From NCBI GenBank assembly GCA_029856365.1, contig JAHQWW010000031.1, forward strand, positions 1 through 30,559: a stretch of DNA of 30,559 nucleotides, in the 5' to 3' direction. Under the pieces are notes generated by a model. It was not told the origin of the DNA and made no database searches. It was given only the letters and a program-made list of their open reading frames with translations. This stretch comes from Candidatus Hodarchaeota archaeon. Lineage in GTDB: Archaea; Asgardarchaeota; Heimdallarchaeia; Hodarchaeales; Hodarchaeaceae. Shown here piece by piece: positions 27,363 through 30,559 of this stretch. The first letter of the stretch is position 1; each line of letters starts with the position of its first letter. A program made the position numbers and the translations under genes.

Positions 27363-27977
27363 ATGATTTTAATGAAATCAAATGTAAGACTATATGGACC
27401 ACGAATTCCGCAAGCTATTGAACGGTTATCAAACCTAGCTGATTCCCTCAAAGACGACCTTCCTATTTCTGGAGGGGAAGTAACGTTTGGAAAATTTGAT
27501 TTTGTGTTTAATTGGCTAGAGGATCCTAAACCACAGCCACTATTGCTATTATTAAAGAAAATTGATGATACTTTAGCTGGTTTACCAACAAAGTATTCTA
27601 TCACTACTGAAAGTCGTCACACTAGCCGTTTAACCGCAGAGATAGGTAAAAAAGCGCGTCATACTATTTTCTCATTCATTCGTATTTATGGGCCTAGTAT
27701 TTCAAAAGCCGTTCGTGCAATTGAACAGGTAATCCAAGATATGGAACCCACTAGTACTCTGGACACTTTGAAATCTTCGATTCTTATCGGTGATTATGAT
27801 TATGCATTCGAATGGGACCATTTGCCAAGTAGTAACGAAATAGCTGACGTCTTAAAAGCGATTGATGAAAAAGTGGAGTCAACAGGAGCTCTTTACACTG
27901 TAACTACGAAGAAAGTTTACCGTACAGAGAAATTCATTGATGATCATGCTAGCGAACAATTAATGGCTTTTCTTTGA
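27363..27977 (+). CDS. Hypothetical protein built from two tandem copies of an ~80-aa domain
   Basis: RLYGP.I..A...GKFDFVFNW...KKIDD.L...YSITT is repeated as RIYGP.I..A...GDYDYAFEW...KAIDE.V...YTVTT. Confidence 0.85.
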   Translation: MILMKSNVRLYGPRIPQAIERLSNLADSLKDDLPISGGEVTFGKFDFVFNWLEDPKPQPLLLLLKKIDDTLAGLPTKYSITTESRHTSRLTAEIGKKARHTIFSFIRIYGPSISKAVRAIEQVIQDMEPTSTLDTLKSSILIGDYDYAFEWDHLPSSNEIADVLKAIDEKVESTGALYTVTTKKVYRTEKFIDDHASEQLMAFL

Positions 27978-28042
27978 ACCTCTGCTTTTTTCTTCGTGCA
28001 CTAATTTCTTCTGATTAGATTTCTCCCCTCGAATAAACTTCC

Positions 28043-29059
28043 TTACGGGATAGGAAACAGTATCATAAGTATGAGAAGCTCTAACGGTAATATTAGTAGG
28101 GCTAAAATTGTCAAGCTAGTGATCAATAAGCTAATCTCATCCTCCTTTAGATGAAAAAATTTCCCATACATGATATTAATAACCGCTGGGGGTGCCATTC
28201 CTTGAATTAACAGTGTTATTGCGACAATGGGTTCACGAACCTGAAACAAGACCAGACACACCAATATAACGAGAGGAGCGATGAGGAAGCGCACAAAGCT
28301 TACACGGAATACTTCTTTTGAAAAAAGATTTCTTGGATGAAGTTGATCTAACGCTCGAAATGAGACTCCCACCAGGATTAAAGCTCCATAAAGAGAAATT
28401 GACTTAACGATTTCCAATACAGGCTGCAAAGTTGGATAGTCGGATAACCCGATAGCTTTAGGCCCTACTAGTAAATAGAGGATAAAACCAGCAATTACAG
28501 CTAAGAAGGGGGGAAACTTCAGAAGATTAATCATTATCCTTTGCACATCCATAAAGGGGGATTTTTCATCCTTGGATGAAATATTCGCCTTATCAGGGTT
28601 ATACCAAATTCCTAATAGTACTCCAAGGCTATTACGCAATATCATGGCAATGAATACGAAAATAGCTGCATAAATCAAAGCAAAAGAACCTAAAATCGCT
28701 AAAATTATTGGAAATGGGTATAACAGGGAATTAGGAAATGTACTACATAAAACTCGTGCACCTACTTCTTCTGGTGGTTTCTTCCTGGATATTAGATGAA
28801 TAGATAGGAAACTTGCAAGATGTACGATAACAGCAATCATTGATACAATAATTATTGTTGTACCTGCAAAAGACTCAATTTCAGCGAAAGATGAGATGAT
28901 ATTTATAGGAAAAAAAAACCAGATTGTAATTATAGTGATCCATTTTCCATACTTAGGTTTATAATACTTTGAAAACCGCCAAATGACCCCTACACTAATC
29001 ATTATATAAACGATCAAAAGTCGTGAGAGAAGTTCAAAAAATCCTTCAATGAATGCCAC
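28043..29059 (-). CDS. AEC (auxin efflux carrier)/malate permease family transporter
   Basis: About 10 TM helices, FPN...YPFP, PPFLA, RFLIAP and MAPPA motifs. Start placed at GTG 29059, after GGTGA. Confidence 0.85.
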   Translation of the reverse strand: MAFIEGFFELLSRLLIVYIMISVGVIWRFSKYYKPKYGKWITIITIWFFFPINIISSFAEIESFAGTTIIIVSMIAVIVHLASFLSIHLISRKKPPEEVGARVLCSTFPNSLLYPFPIILAILGSFALIYAAIFVFIAMILRNSLGVLLGIWYNPDKANISSKDEKSPFMDVQRIMINLLKFPPFLAVIAGFILYLLVGPKAIGLSDYPTLQPVLEIVKSISLYGALILVGVSFRALDQLHPRNLFSKEVFRVSFVRFLIAPLVILVCLVLFQVREPIVAITLLIQGMAPPAVINIMYGKFFHLKEDEISLLITSLTILALLILPLELLILMILFPIP

Positions 29060-29118
29060 ACGATCACCGTGAATGATTAGGTTGACTCTGTCTTTACACA
29101 TTAGATGATGTTTTATTG

Positions 29119-30096
29119 TTATTCAATTAAAATGAATTTTTCTTGGGGAGGGACAAGAAACTGACATCCAGCCTTTGTAATAACAATATTTTCCTCTAAA
29201 GAAACTGTACCGTAATTTTTTGTTGTGACATGTAATTCTAACGTAAATACATTACCTTCCTCCACTTGACCTTTAGGCGTGTCTCCATATCGTTCCCAGA
29301 GGGGGCCTAATAGGATCCCACCATCATGAGCTTTTGTTCCCACTTGATGGCCCAATGCGTGAGCAAACTCTTTGTAACCTCTTGATTTTACAAACTCTCG
29401 GGCTATTTTATCCACAGAAAACCCTGTGACACCAGGCTTAATGAAATCAGCAGCTTTAATGATAGCTTCTCGTACCGTTTCAAAAGCGTGTTCTAATTCT
29501 GCTGGTATCTCCGTACCAAAAAACCACATTCTTTGGAGATCAGAGCAGTATCCTTGCAATTTGATGCCAAAATCATTATGTAAACTGTGTCCTCTCTTTG
29601 TAAAGTGTTTGGGAGATGGACCGACATGACCTATTTCTTTATCTGGTCCGGCATCAATAGCAGGACAAGACACTCTTTGCCATGCTTCAACCGCACCGAA
29701 ATGATCCATTTCTTGATGATATAATTTTTGTATCTCTGTTTCGGACATTCCAGGCTTTAACAGCGAAGTTATGGTGTGATTAATCTCTTCAGTTAATCTA
29801 CAGGCCTTAGTAATCAATTTAATTTCGGTCTTAGTTTTTTTTCCTCTGACTACTTGAATAATTGGTGCAGCTGAAATAAATCGTTCTTTTTTATCCTTCA
29901 AAATGCTTGAAACTTTTAAAAACATGCCATGAGAAAGACCATCGGAAACTACATCATCTTCAGAATAATTAAGGGCTATTTTTTGAGGATTAATATTATT
30001 TAAATAATTTCTTAGAGATTCTGCGATCCCTTCCTTGTATGCAATAACATCGTCCCAGATTTCTTTTTTCTTCTCTGATGAGGACATCTTAATCAT
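29119..30096 (-). CDS. Xaa-Pro peptidase (M24 family), probably N-terminally truncated
   Basis: DFG...GYCSDLQR, HALGHQVG..AHD, FTLE and LEE metal ligands; the N-terminal domain appears to begin midway. Confidence 0.88.
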   Translation of the reverse strand: MIKMSSSEKKKEIWDDVIAYKEGIAESLRNYLNNINPQKIALNYSEDDVVSDGLSHGMFLKVSSILKDKKERFISAAPIIQVVRGKKTKTEIKLITKACRLTEEINHTITSLLKPGMSETEIQKLYHQEMDHFGAVEAWQRVSCPAIDAGPDKEIGHVGPSPKHFTKRGHSLHNDFGIKLQGYCSDLQRMWFFGTEIPAELEHAFETVREAIIKAADFIKPGVTGFSVDKIAREFVKSRGYKEFAHALGHQVGTKAHDGGILLGPLWERYGDTPKGQVEEGNVFTLELHVTTKNYGTVSLEENIVITKAGCQFLVPPQEKFILIE

Positions 30097-30180
30097 TTTA
30101 GCTATGAATCTATCATAAATATTATTTAATATTGTTTCAATGCTTATTAAGGATTTAGGCTAAAGAGATAGTATTTAGAA

Positions 30181-30559
30181 TTAGAGATTAAGTAATTGGG
30201 GATCTCCTAACAATTCTTTTAAAATATGATATTTCTTTCTAATAGTAGTACTTGAAAATTTACTTGTTGTTTCAATTAAATTTTGAGTAAATATTTTTCT
30301 ATTATCGAGGGTTTGACCAATATAATAAATCAAACCTGCTGTAAATGCTTTATAATTTATGTTTTGAATCTCTTTATATGAAATTTTATTTAAAATCTTA
30401 TCAACCAATAATAACATTTCCATTTTAATCTTTTCATATTCCACTTTATCAGAAAAATGCTCTTGGATTTTTTGATAAGGTATATGATTTAAATCTTTTT
30501 GAAATACAATTTTTATACGGCTTTTGATTTCCTTCTCTAAATCCAACGGAGTTTTCTTA
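30181..30559 (-). CDS. C-terminal part of a TFIIB/cyclin-fold-like protein (runs off window edge)
   Basis: AFTAGLIYYIG...FTQNLI......STTIRKKYHIL resembles the last cyclin repeat/HTH of TFB (AA..Y...TQ.EIA....TIR.RY.EL). Confidence 0.55.
   Translation of the reverse strand, partial: KKTPLDLEKEIKSRIKIVFQKDLNHIPYQKIQEHFSDKVEYEKIKMEMLLLVDKILNKISYKEIQNINYKAFTAGLIYYIGQTLDNRKIFTQNLIETTSKFSSTTIRKKYHILKELLGDPQLLNL

Noticed and set aside
633-29629. Overlapping or antisense short ORFs in the track (e.g. 633-989, 1611-1958, 3725-4168, 5129-5359, 10038-10358, 18364-18657, 27260-27604, 29426-29629)
   Set aside because: They shadow well-supported genes and carry no recognisable motifs.

Overview
AT-rich prokaryotic window, most consistent with an archaeon and probably an Asgard/Heimdallarchaeia-type genome. 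This is an inference from an archaeal-type HMG-CoA synthase, an archaeosortase, a TFIIB-like cyclin-fold fragment, GGTGA/GAGGTG ribosome-binding sites and a BRE/TATA-like promoter. It holds about 29 protein-coding loci, and I found no rRNA, tRNA, CRISPR array or transposase. Content is mostly housekeeping or accessory: DEAD-box helicase, ABC-2 exporter, GNAT-pssA pair, DUF2178-Xre-archaeosortase cluster, YyaL, flavin oxidoreductase, 3-hydroxyacyl-CoA dehydrogenase, Nudix, DNA methyltransferase, HIT, J-domain protein, nitroreductase, Fpg, AEC transporter and M24 peptidase. Most notable are: (1) two paralogous polytopic membrane proteins whose C-terminal EEP domains resemble the eukaryotic GPI lipid remodeller Cwh43/PGAP2IP, in the same region as an archaeosortase and PssA, suggesting a candidate lipid-anchoring/remodelling system; (2) a divergent HMG-CoA synthase fused to a DUF35 Zn-ribbon/OB domain; (3) a perfect palindrome plus three 20-bp-phased dyad repeats upstream of the DUF2178-Xre-archaeosortase genes; (4) a methyltransferase whose conserved N-terminus has no canonical start codon; (5) two single-base frameshifts, a histidine-kinase remnant and a probable junction near 30070. 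All family assignments come from motif recognition by eye, not database searches.
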